DNA of 62,942 nucleotides, counting the filler, from Fonticula-like sp. SCN 57-25 (taxonomy: Eukaryota), in the NCBI GenBank assembly GCA_001724245.1. It is 3 parts of 3 records of this genome, joined end to end, with 100 filler letters (N's around TTAATTAATTAA, not from the genome) between each part and the next. Parts side by side here need not be neighbours in the genome. Positions count along the whole stretch, not along the records: positions 42,363 to 62,942 come from MEDX01000089.1; 2 more parts are not named here. One strand, written 5' to 3'. The position numbers and the translations under genes were made by a program. This document shows positions 49,430 through 61,415 of this stretch, one piece after another; within the stretch, counting starts at the first letter, position 1; each line of letters starts with the position of its first letter. A model generated the notes under the pieces. That model was not told where the DNA came from and did not search any database. It saw nothing but the letters and a program-made list of their open reading frames with translations.

Positions 49430-52400
49430 CTATACAATCCTCTGCTTCTTCACCTCCTTCTTCCCCTTCCCTCCCTTCTTCCCTCCCTTCTTCCCCTCCT
49501 CCTCCTCCCTCTCAATCTCGACGCCCACGACCCCCTTCTCCTCCGCGCGCCGCACCGCAAACGCCATCGCAGCCCTATTGAACCCCATAGCATCCTTATA
49601 CTGCCCCAAAAGCCGCTGCGCACTCGCCCCGACACTCGCCAGGGCAGGTCGGAAGGCGCGGTTGGACACAATTTGGGCCTGGTGGACACCCACGACAAAG
49701 TGCAGCACGCGGCAGCACAGTTCAGCGTTGCGGCCACGTGATAGCCAGTCATCCAGATGACGTAATAGTGCGTGCACGTGGCCAAACGACAAAAGCAAGA
49801 GTGCTGATTCGAGCTCGCTGGCGCGCACGCTGGCAAGGACAGACAACAAATAGGCACTCGAAGAAGCGCAGCCAGAGGCAACAACAAGAGGGTGAAGTGC
49901 CCCTGAATCCGCCCCTGAATCTGCCCCTGAATTGTCACCTGAATCCGCCCCTGATGCGATATCGAGTGCTTCAATGAGCCGGTCTGCGGCGCCGAGCGAG
50001 GCTGCGGCGGGCGGCGGCGCCAGAGACGATTCCGTGTTTGAGACGTTTTCTGCGGCCGATGCGTCGAAAAGTGACTCGAGCTGCTTTTCGCGCTCTTCGT
50101 CGAGGAAAAGTTGCTCGTCGGTGCGTTCCCAGACGCGAAGGGAGCGGTCGTGCGAGGCGGAGACGATAAAGTCGCCGCGGGAGCTCACACAGAGGGACCA
50201 GACGGCGCCAAAGTGGCCATCAAGCGTCAAAATCATTTCAAACTAGGAGAGAAATGGGGTAAGTCGGGTGAAAAGGGGTGAAAAAAGAAGAGAAATGACA
50301 TAAAAGTGGTCAAAAGCGATGAAAAATGAGTCAAAAAAACACACACAAAAAGTGACAAAAAGTGACTGAAATGACCAATTTGACCCAAAAATAACACAAA
50401 ATGACACAAAAACAACCATTTTACACCCAATACACACAAACATAAAAACATAAAAACATACTTCCCTTCCTTTATTCCTTCCTTTCTTCTTCGTACCTTG
50501 TCCGCGTCCCACTCCTTGACGAGTCCATCCTTACCCGCCGACCAAAAATAGTGCGTCCCCGGCACAAACCTCACCGCCATCACACTATCTCCATGCGCAT
50601 GCATCGACTTGTGACAGTCACCGAAATCCAAGCCCCACACCTTTACGCTCTTATCCGCACTCGCACTCACAAGCAGCCCACTATCAAATGATATGTCAAG
50701 TGACAGCGCAGGCAGCTTGTGGCCGTAAAGTGATAGGAAGAATTTTAGAGTGTCGACGAAAAAGACTTTGATTGTCGCGTCGAGAAGGCTGAGGGCGAGA
50801 AGGCGGCCGTCGGGGGAAATGCGGACGCAAAGTACGTCATCGGTCATGGTAAGTGTACGTGTATGAACAATGCTCAGCGTCCTCGTGGCAGCAGAAGTAG
50901 TGTTTGTGGTAGTAGAAGTGCCAGAAATAGCACCTGAATTGCCAGAAATAGAAGCAGAAGTTGACTCTGAAAGTTCAAATTCCCAAAATTTCACGTGCTT
51001 ATCAGCCGATCCAGTGACAAATTGCTTACCATCTGGGCACAGCGCAATAGACCAAATGGCGCCTTCGTGTGCTGCTTCAGAGTGAATAAGAGTCGAAGAG
51101 GCAATGTCGTGTAGTTCAAGGTGGCCGGATTTGGTGCCGATGAGCACGTGACGGTTGCCGGGGACGAAGATGAGGCAGAGGGCGTAGCCGCAGGGGAGAG
51201 TGCGGATGCAGGAGCGAGTCTTAATGTTCCAGATCTTGAGCGTATCTGAACAAGTATTAGTGCAAATTGCAAACTGAATGGAATTATACATGGTGATATG
51301 ATGTGCACAATGATACAAAGGATATACACTTACAGCACAACTGACCATGTACGACAATGATACAGCAACATGTGCAAACTGCAAACTGACACTGCTTTTC
51401 CCGCCATTCAACTTCACACATGATCACACACATGATCCCATACATGATCTCATTCATGATATCCAGATCCCACACATGATCCCTGATCCCACACATGATC
51501 CCATACATGATCCCTGCCCTAGTCGTACCGCTGGAAGCAGAGGCAAGCATTTGGTCGTCAGACGAGATGGCGACTGTGCGCACGTCGGTCCTGTGACCCG
51601 GCAGCTCGACCGCCGTCTGCAGCTCGGCGGAAAAGATCTTGCCGTCAGGGACGACGCTGTGCATCTCGAGCGTGTTGTTGTGAAGCGCGCACAAAAGAGA
51701 GTACTTTTTGCCGTTGTCGACGGCGCGGACGTCAACTGAGCGGATCTTGGCGGATGCGCGCACCGATCCCATCGTGACGATGAGATCGGTGGCGGTCAGT
51801 GTGACATCCTCCTCATCGGCATCGGGCTCATCGTCATCGTCGTCGTGAGCGTCGTCCTGTGCCTTGTTGGCGGCCGCAGTGGCCTTTTCGCGGCGGCGGC
51901 GGCGCTTCCGAAGCATTTTCTTGCGCGTCTCGGCCTCATCGAGGATGCGAAAGATCTCGACGGTGCGATCGGCGCCCTGGCAAAAGAGATGGCGGCCAGA
52001 GGGGTCGACCTTGATCGTGAGGACGCGCTCGGTCGAGCCCTGGCGGTTGAGTGTGCCGAAAAGGGTGCAGGCGCGCATTTCCTTGTCGTCGGCGTCGGCA
52101 TCGGCGTCGGCATCTTCGAGATCGCCGCTGATGTTGACGCGAGGGACGCGCGAGATGGAATCGCTCAGGCGATCAACGTCCATCTTCCACACGTGGATGA
52201 TCCCGTCGGCGCAGCCGGCATAAAGAGTCTTTTCGTCGGGTGAAGCCGTGATGCTCCACACCTCGCCGCGATGCCCGACGAGCGTCTCGACGCAGTGCTG
52301 CGCCTCGAGATCCCACGCCTTGATCAGATTGTCCTTGCTCGACGAGATGACGTAGCGCCCGTCGCCCACAAAGATGAGGCCAGTCACCATGTCCTTGTGG

Positions 52401-52834
52401 CCGCGCAGGCGGAAGAGGCCCTGCTCGGAGAGGACATCCCACAGGATGACGCACGTGTCCTTGCCGCCGCTCGCTAGCCGCGAGCACGTAGCATCAAACG
52501 CGAGGCTCGTGACGGCGCCGCGATGACCCGTAAAGACGATCGAGTATGTGTTTGTCTCGAGGCTCCAGAGGCGAATGACGCCGTCCGCGTAGCCGACCGC
52601 GACGAGAGACGCGCGATCCCCGTGCCCGCGCGCGAGGCATGTCACCTCGGAGCGCTCGCCACGCCACGTGGTGCGCTCTGTGCCGCGGCGCGTGTCCCAC
52701 AAAACAACATTCTCGCACGCCGCAGAGATGGCGAGCTTGCCGTCTTCGTCAAAGAGAGCAGCGGGGCTCGCCTCGTGGCCGACGACGAGGCCAAAGGTGC
52801 CGAGCGCCTCGTACCGAAGATACGACTTTACCAT
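49430..52834 (-). CDS. WDR3: WDR3/Utp12/Dip2 SSU processome WD40 protein
   Basis: MVKSYLRYE start, GLFRLRGHKD, LPGHRTDVR, LKFFLSLYGHKLP, WGLDFGDCHKS..AH, SHDRSLRVWERTDEQLFLDEEREKQLE, and a Utp12 C-terminal domain (KDAMGFNRAAM). Confidence 0.95.
51410..51515 (+). repeat. intronic ~12-bp CATGATCCCAYA tandem repeat
   Basis: Repeated CACATGATCCCA/CATGATCYCA units inside a WDR3 intron. Confidence 0.75.
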
Positions 52835-53157
52835 GCACGCTGCACCGCCGCACTGTCCGCGAGTGTCACAGTTCAATTGCGTTCCGGAATTGTCGATCCG
52901 GAAGTGTCGATCCAGAATCGAGTTGATCGCGATCAGGTTGGAATGCATTATTTTTTGAATCGTTTGGTGGGGAACTTTCACTGCCTTTGAAAACAGCAGC
53001 GGCCCGCCGCCTCCACGATCGCACGACGCGCGCACGCCTGGCAGTGATCTGGATGGACGCGCAGCAATAGCCATTTGAAGGAATTTGAATTAAGTTGTAG
53101 TTAATTAGCTGATCGTCAGTCGTTTGTGAATCGGACCATCTTACCGCATTGCCCGCC

Positions 53158-55212
53158 ATGAACACGAACGATGCGCGCAGCCTCATCACGAGCCTCGTCG
53201 TGACGCATCCCGAGAACCAGGTCTGCTTTGACTGCAACGGCCCCAAGGCGCACTACGTCGTCGCTGACTATGGCATCTTTGTGTGCGAAGCCTGCTCCGA
53301 ATCGCACGCCATGATCAGCACGACCAAGGGCAAGTCGATCCTCACCGAGGAGCATGTGTGGACCGAGGACGAGATGCTCGCGCTGCAGCTTGGCGGCAAT
53401 GCGCGCGCAAAGCTGTACTTTGAGAGGGCGTTTCTGCCGACAAAGGCAGTGGGGCGGGGCGCGATCAAGCAAAAGTATGTCGGCCAGGCGGCGGAAGAGT
53501 ACAAGACAAAGCTGCAGTACGACTGTAGGCTCGCTTTCAAGCGGTACGAGGATAAGTGTAAAGGGAAGAATGAAAGAGGAAAGAGGAAGAAAAAGAGAAA
53601 AAGAAGGGTTAAGGTCGTGTAGCGCATTGTTTATAGTGTTTGGCTGTGCTTTATTGGTTTTTGTTAGTTTGTTGATTTGTGTCAGATTTTGGTCATTTTG
53701 GTGCGATTTTTGCCAATTTGTGTGATTTTAGTGTGATTTTGATCGTTTTTGTGCAATTTTCGTGATTTTGGTGCCATTTCATCCATTTTTCGCACTTTTA
53801 CCCCCTTTTTTCTAATCCTCTTCTTCCCCAGTGGCGTCACACTAAACATCACGGTCACCTCCACGCTCCGCCTCGACCAACAAAGCACCTTTGAAACGAT
53901 CTCCTCCCCCAAATTCAAAGACAACGACATGGAAGGCTGGCTCCTCAAGTACTCCCACGGCGGCACATTCCGCCGCAAAGGCTTCCAGCGGCGCTACGTG
54001 GTCCTCAAAAACAACTGCCTCTACTTTTTCAAGAGCCCCTCAAATACCGAGCCCTATAATCAAATGACCACGCCGAACCAGTTTTTGTCGTCGGTTGACG
54101 GGAAAAGGCAGGCGTATTGCTTTGAGCTGGGTGACGTGAAGAGTGCGGGGAGTTTTATGTTGAGTGCGGAGAATGCGCAGGATTATCAGTTGTGGGTTAG
54201 TAAGCTGATTCAGAAGGGGTCGGTGATCTTGAAGGACGATGATGGTGCGTTAAAGGAAAAGAATGGAGATATATGTGTCGTTTTTATGTCGTTTTAGTCG
54301 TTTTTTGTGTGATTTGTTGTGTCGTTTTTGTGTTGTTTTTGGTCATTTTTGGTTACTTTTGTTCATTTTTATGACATTCTGTGTCATTTTTGGTCATTTT
54401 TATGACAATCTGTGCCATTCTTGCGCACTTTTTACAGTCTTTTTACCCACTTTTGCACACTTTTGCCCACTTTTTTCCCACCTTACTCACCCACGTGGCC
54501 ACCCAGGTGATGTCCTTCTTGAAAATGACGTCAGCACAATGCGCCAGCTCTCCATCGGCGACCTTGCCCGCCCCCGACTCCGCCCCGATCTCGGCAGCCA
54601 CCTCTTCCGCGCCGCCAACGACGCTTCCCAGGACGACCTCAGCCACGTGGCCGTTGACGACTCGCCCACGCAAGCCACTTCTGACCACGTGGTCATTCAT
54701 GTGGTGACGGACACCGAGGCCGTGGTGGTGTGCGCGGCGTGCCAGACGCGCATCGTGGCGGGGTATGAGGCGGCGACGCTGAAGAAGGGAGAGGCGGTGT
54801 ATCATGCGGAGCATCTTTGCTGTGACGCTTGTTTGGTACGTGAAGAAAAGAGGAAGAAATGGGGAAGAAATGGGACAGGATCGTGACCGGATCGTGATCG
54901 GATCGTGATCGGATCGACATCTGATGTTGGCGGGAAGATCTGATGATGCGTGAAAAGTTAAAGTTTTGTGTCTTATTTGTCATTTAATACGTTTCAAAAC
55001 ACTCTATAATTATTCTTTTTCGTTCTTTCTTTTGCTTTTTGCCTTCTTTTTCCTTTTTCCCTCCTTTACTTTTGCTGACATTTTCGCAGGAACCGATCAA
55101 GAGTCGGTGTTTCTTCCAGGATCAGCGCATGTACTGCGAGAATGACGTTCGATCGCCTCCGCCAGAGGACGCAGCGGAGGTGCCGCGAGTGCTCACGGAC
55201 ACGGCCGTGTGA
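53158..55212 (+). CDS. ArfGAP-like zinc finger + PH + LIM domain protein
   Basis: PENQVCFDC..GIFVCEAC..H and W..EM..L..GGNARA. PH domain MEGWLLK..FQRRYVVLKNNCLYFFKS..LSAEN..W. LIM CAAC..YHAEHLCCDAC..MYCEND. Stop TGA at 55210-55212. Confidence 0.82.
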
Positions 55213-55535
55213 TATCCATATGATCATATATTTCATCCCGCATGACATTCATGTAGAATTAAGACGCGGCGCGTTTTTTTTGTAGTGCATTTTCTTACCC
55301 AATGAATACCAATCGACAAGATCCGCTTTTGAAACTTAAGTTATTCTAAAGGTAAATTACGTATAATAGAGCAAGTATTGTGTGAAAAGAGAGGAAAAGA
55401 CGTCGAAAAACGTCGCATTATTTTCACATTTCAATTGACATGGTTCATGCGCATGTCTTCCCCATGACCCCTTCCCGATCAGTTTGCAGTTTGCATCCGC
55501 CTTCTGCGTCGACAACACATCACGCCATCGGCATC

Positions 55536-56623
55536 ATGATGCACTTTACGGATGTCCTTGTGTGGATAGCGGGCGCCGTCGGCTTTTGCCTCGGCACCGT
55601 GTGTCTCGGTACGCCATTTCTCTCGTTAATTTCCCTTTTTATTAATATTTATCTGCTTACCGTCCCATTTTCCTTGTCATTGCCCGATCAGCCGGGAGTC
55701 TCTACTACCTCGCCGAGATCGTCGAGGAGCACACCGTGCTCGCCCGCAAGGCCATCAAGTACATGACTGTCGTTGTCGTCGTTTTTCACGTTTTGCTTCT
55801 CGTATTGGACGGCTTTCCGTTCTGGCGGATCGCCTTTTCGATCGCGTGCCATGCCGTCTACTCGATGCTGCTCAAGGACTACCCGTACATTGATCTCATG
55901 TCGCCCGTGTTTATTAGCGGTGCAGGTACGAAAAGCTATGGGAAAGGGAAAGGAAGAGGAGCAGGGGAAAAGAATTGGAAGGAGATGAAAGGGGAAGGAT
56001 CATGTGGACATGATCTGGTAATCATGATGTCGTGGACATCTCGTGGACATGATCCCATGAGACTGATGCCGATCATGTGAGTGTGTAGTAGCGTGTAACA
56101 CACTATTTGTGTATCATTATTTATGTAGTTTGTTCGTGTGTATTTGGTGTTTATTTCATAATTTTTCCTTCTATTTTCATATTTGTACCTCTCTTTTGCC
56201 ACATTTTTGTCCACTTTTTACCTCTTTTCCTCCATTTTTGCCCGTTTTTCCTTCCTTTTTCCCCACTTTTTCTCCACTTTCCACCCTTTTAACCCCCTTT
56301 TCCCTTCAGTCCTCGCCCTGTGCAACCACTTTATCTGGTTCTACTACTTCTCCTCCTCCTACTACCGCTTCGTCGAGATCGTCTCCTTCTTCTCCCTCTG
56401 CGTCTGGCTGATCCCCTTCTCCTACTTTGTCTCCCTCTCAGCCAATGAGCACACGCTGCCGTCGGACTCGCTCGGAAGTGGCGGGAATGTTGGCGGGAAA
56501 CGCGGCGCAGTTGGTAATAGGCTGCTGGTGCTGTTCAACTTTTTGAGGCGGAAAAAGGAGGAGATCTTGCCGTCGACGGCGGGGGTGGGCGGGCAGTATC
56601 ACGTGGATGACAAGTTGTATTGA
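55536..56623 (+). CDS. TEX261: TEX261/Svp26 ER-Golgi membrane cargo adaptor
   Basis: GLYYLAEIVEEHTVLARK, H.VY..LL..YPYI.L.SP.FI, NHFIWF, FF.LCVWLIPFSYFVSLSANEHTLP. Confidence 0.9.
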
Positions 56624-57318
56624 GTCACGTGGTGTGTGTGTCACGTGAGAAGATTATTGAGGAAATGATGTAATAAGAGTTATAAAGATTACGTATCATT
56701 ACGGTAAAGAGAGGAATGGACCATATTCATTGTATGGTTCAAAGAAAAAAGTACATGGCCACGTGGAGAGTATGAGTGTGGATAGAGTATCATTGTCCAC
56801 GTGGATATATTTTAATTCATTATGGCATCATAACCCTACTTATCTACTATGCTTATTCATGCTTATCATCCACAGTGATTATCATACTGTACTATCTGAT
56901 ATGCCATCCATACTGTAATTATTGCCATTGCATCAACTTTCAGCTTACCCACGTGGACATAAAACTATATGAAAGAAAGCGAATGTATTGATGACGGTGA
57001 ACACTATCTAATGCCAAATCACCACGTCGAGAAAGACCAAATTATTGATGCTAGCGTATGACAAACAATTTCACAAACAAGACTAAAAGTGATTAAAAGC
57101 GACTATTCACAATTGCGCCACTTTTCCCGCCAATTCAAGCAACGAAAACTGCAAACACCCAATGCATAATTACATATGACGACAAACGATCTCTACTTAA
57201 AGAATTCAACACCAGAAACAGTCCAATTCGAAAAATGAAACCAATCCAATTCCATATCAAAACGACTATCCACCATTGTCCCCTCTCATTTTTCCATCTT
57301 TTTTTCTACTTGTTCCTC

Positions 57319-57706
57319 TTATGAACTGCCGACGCCGCCGTAGCCATAGGCAAGCAAGTGCGGGTGCGACGGCACAAACCGCGCCGCCGCGCCATTCTGC
57401 GCCACCGTCGGCGACGACCCCTGACTTCCCGCCCACGGCGGCGTCAAAGCACCCGAAAATGCCGTCGGCGTTGACGGCGCGCTAGGAAGGCGGCCGCTCG
57501 CAATCATGATAGGGACCGGCGGAGGCGCAGAAGTGGAAAGTGAGGACGGTTTTGACGACGTTGATGATGACGTAGGCGATGACGTCATGTCGACATCTGA
57601 AGAAGTGTTGTCGAGAAGAAGGCCGCCGACGCCGAGGCTGACGCGGCGGGGGCGGCGCGATTGGCCAAACTCGACCAGGTTGGGCTCGCTCTTGCTGCCC
57701 CTCAAC

Positions 57707-57738
<32 letters not shown>

Positions 57739-59310
57739 CTGTGATTGGTAGCGGTGGCTGAATGTGGGCGAATGGCCGCTCGAATAGGCCGCGGGCGCTT
57801 CGGCGGCGGCGGCGGCGACGACCGACAAGGGAGGAAGCATCGCGCGGCGGTTATTATTCTCGGCAAAGAACTGGAAAAGTTCAAGGTCGGTTTCGGCCGC
57901 GCCACGTGGCCCAAAGGCAGGTGACGCCGCGGCGGAGGCGGGGTCGGCGGAGCGCTTGAGGTCGGCCTCGGAGCGGCTCATGCGCAGCCGCTTTTGGGCG
58001 ACCTGCGGGCCTGATGACGTCGACGATGACGTCAGCGATGTGATGGACGGCAGCGAAAAGGGCGATGAAAGGGATGTTTTCATGCCGGATGCGCGCGGCG
58101 GCGGCGCGGCGGAAAGCGATGGGGCGGCCGACAGCGGCGAGGAGGCGGAGGAAGAGGGGGCGGTGGCGGCGGCGGAAGAGGGCGCCGCGGCGGACGACCC
58201 GCGGCGCTTGAAGCCGCCCGGCGGCGACACGTTGGTGAGCGTGCTGTAGGGGATGGCGTCGGTGTGCGACGCGCGCGGCCAGGCCATGAGGGGCGTCGCC
58301 GACGCAGGGGAAGTCGCGGACGAAGATGTGGGCGCGGCGGAGGCGAGGCGCGCGGCGGCGGCGAGCTCATTAAACATGTCGAATTGGGGGAGCGGGAACT
58401 GGAATTGCTGCTGAAAGTGCGCGAATTGGGCTTGCTGGGCTTGAAGGGTCGCCTGCTGCTGCTGGAGCATGTACTGCTGCTGGGCATGCTGATGCTGCTG
58501 CGCGGCATGCTGATGTTGAGCATGCTGATGTTGATCGAGGTGCATGTGCTGCATGACGCGGTCCTGCATGGAAATGCGGCTGTCCTGGCCCCAGTCGGGC
58601 ATTGCGGCGGCGTCGGGGGCGACGTGCAGCTCGGCGTGGGCGTAGAGCTGCTGGACGTTGCTGAAGCGCTTGCCGCATCCGGATGCGGGGCACAAAAAGG
58701 GCTTGCTCGCGGCGTGAAGGGAGAGGTGCGCGTCAAAGGAGGCGCGGTCGGGGCAGGCCTGGCCGCAGACGTGGCACAAAAGTGGGGGGGATGCCGACGC
58801 CGATGCTGATCCCGATGCCGATCCCGACGGCAGGGAGGATGCCGAAGGCGATGTCGATGTCGCGGTGGCGGCGAGGCGCTGCGCGCTGTTGGCGTGGCTG
58901 CGCAGGTGCTTGCTGAGAATGTCCATGCGGGCAAAGCGCTTGCTGCAGCCCGGGACGGTGCACGGGTACGGCTTCTCGCCCGTGTGGCTGCGCAGGTGCA
59001 TGATGAGCTTCATCTTGGTGCTGAATGCCTTGCCGCCACGAGGGCAGTCGTGCCAGTGGCAGCGGCCGGACGTCGGGTCGCTGTTGCTCACGCGGCTCAC
59101 GTGGAATTCCATGACGTGGCGGGCGAGCTGCGTGACTCCTTCAAAGGTGCGATCGCACAGCACCCAGCGGCAGGCGATGATGCCGTCGTCGCCATCGTCG
59201 TCATCGCCAGCGGCGGCGGGAGGGGGGGAAGCGCCGCGCGCGGCGGCGGGGGGCGCGCCCGGCATGGGCACGCTGGGGGCGGTGTCCGTCGGCGAACGCG
59301 TCACGGCCAT
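57319..59310 (-). CDS. Gli/Zic/Glis-like C2H2 zinc-finger transcription factor, intronless
   Basis: CRWVLC..HVMEFHV, CHWHDCPRGGKAF..HLRSHTGEKPYPCTVPGCSKRFARMDILSKHLRSH, two further fingers, and polyQ/Ser/Ala low-complexity regions. Confidence 0.85.
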
Positions 59311-60111
59311 CAGACAAAAGTAGTCGATAGAAAAGGAAGGGGATCCCGCCGGAAAGGGCTCACAGCAGCTTCAATCGGAAGAGACAAAACCCGAAAAAAA
59401 TCTCTTTTCTCCCGAAATTTCACCAACCCTCACTGCAGTTTTTCGTGCTCGGCCCTTGTCTCTAACCTCGGATATCGCGCTCGCACCGCGGCAGCCGAAA
59501 CCCGATCGCGTCGAAAAGAAGAAAAAGCACCGCCCTTCTCTTGGCAGAGCGGGTGTGTGGGTGGGGGGTAGAGGGGGCACTCGCGGTCCACCCAGCAAGT
59601 AATAAACAACGCTCATCCCGATTGGTTGAAAAAAGTGGGCAACATGCGGAAAACGCCAAATTAGTCGAATCTAATTGCCTTATATGGATGGGTTTACCTC
59701 TATTTTTGTCTAAAAAAGGGGAAAAGTCGCTTCGATGTCGTGTCATGGTTGTTCAGCGCGCTTGAGACGGTCCGGCAACGGGCGTTGAGACGATTTATCA
59801 GGTGATCGTCCGATGCGTATTTTTAGACGGCGCCAGTGGGCGTGTCGGGCACAACATTCTTCATTCCATAACTACGCGGCGCATAACAAGCGCATAACTG
59901 AGGCCAGGGACCGATTCGGCAAGCCTAGGGGAAGGGAAGGGAGGGAAAAAAAAGAAAAGGTGTTTCAAATATGAATATGTGTCTATAGGGGGGCTGAAGC
60001 CAGGCTGAATGACGTACATTTCATGACTGTTGTTGTACATATGGGCAGTCCCCTTGGAATTCAAAGGGAACTGAAAGGGAATTCAGTGTATCATATGAGC
60101 ATACCATACAA

Positions 60112-61415
60112 CAGTATGTAACCCACGTGGCCGCATATCGTCGGAATGAACCCTTTTCAACGTCCCACATTCACAATCTACCCCGGAATCCAGGGTATCA
60201 CGAAATTCAAATTTGCAAAAAAGAATGGACCAATCAGAAGCAAGGGGCCTTGCGTCTGTCATCATTGTTGGCGGGAAGCAAAATAGCAGCAGATGGTTCA
60301 GGCAGGGTTCAGGCATCGACGTCGATCCGGGCACTTGACACTGCGCTCCTAGCTGGACACGCTGCCACATTCACGTTATTCGTAGTTGTCAATGGATAAT
60401 ACTACAAATCCTACTGTTCCGCCTTTTTTAAGCGAACCGCCGCCTTTGGTGATCACCCTTCGCGCCGGTGAGCGCGATTTTCGGCTTTCTTGGGCGCCGG
60501 GTTCCGCGCCTACCGACGGCGTATTGCAACCGGAACCCACTTTTGAGGAATCCCGTATTTTGAACAAGCTACTGGTTGGTGAAATGGCCATTCGTGACAT
60601 CCGCATCCATCAACTGCAGCTACAGATTCAGTACATCCTCGAACTCAAGAAGAAAAAAAACGCCGAGCTCGAGGCCAAGATCGCCGAGCTACTCGAGAGA
60701 GAGTGACCGTCTTGCTGAAGAAGTGAAGATGCCTTGGGCAATTATTGATTCCTTCAAGAGCGGATTGGCCGAGGTTAAAAAGTACGCATCCCCATGCCAT
60801 GCCACAACAGTCACCTGTTGGCAGAAACCATTATGGATAATATAGCACATGTAGTATTATAATGAATAATAATATAGTATGAACACACCAGTATGTTACC
60901 CATGTGGCCACATATCGTCCAAAAGTATGAACCCTTTTTTTTACCCTTTCAACGCCTTACAGTAAAATCCACCCCGGAATCCAGGGTGAAACGAAATGGC
61001 AATTTGCACAAAGGAATGGACCAATCAGATGCAAGGGCCTTGCCGCTGTCATCATTGTTGGCGGGCAGCCGAAAAGCAGCAGATGGTTCAAAAGGAGCAG
61101 GCATCGACGTGCATCCCGGCGCCTGACGCCGCGCTTCTAGCTGGACACACTGAAAATTGTACGTTATTTGTAGTTATCAATGGATAATACTACAGATTCT
61201 ACTGCTGCGCATCCTCCAAGCGAATCGCCGCCATCGCCGGCAGCTCGCGCTGGCTCGCGCGATTCCCAGCCATCGTCTGAGCAGGATTCTGCGCCTGCCG
61301 CCAGCGTGTTTCAACCAGAACCCCCTATTGAGGAATCCCGTATTTCAACCGAGGAACTGATTGAATCCATCAAGATCGACTTTGCCAATATCAACATGTA
61401 CGCATCCCCATGCCG
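60112..61415 (+). repeat. tandem duplication of promoter + first exon (period ~780 bp; copy A ~60112-60800, copy B ~60889-61415)
   Basis: Shared blocks CCCCGGAATCCAGGGT, GAATGGACCAATCAGA, CTGTCATCATTGTTGGCGGG, AGCAGCAGATGGTTCA, ATGGATAATACTACA, TTGAGGAATCCCGTATTT and GTACGCATCCCCATGCC. Confidence 0.9.
60392..60800 (+). pseudogene. probable frameshifted/truncated paralogue of the downstream coiled-coil/HEPN-like gene
   Basis: MDNTTNPT.. stops at 60706 in a GA run. The homologous segment (IIDSFKSGLAEVKK plus donor GTACGC) continues in another frame, and no downstream exons precede copy B. Confidence 0.5.

Noticed and set aside
49900-49955. 12-bp repeat encoding SGADSGDNSGADSGADSGA in WDR3
   Set aside because: This is an ordinary in-frame slippage expansion in a variable loop.
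18485-56623. Apparent membrane-trafficking cluster (VPS13, ERGIC2, ArfGAP, TEX261)
   Set aside because: The genes lie on three separate contigs joined artificially.
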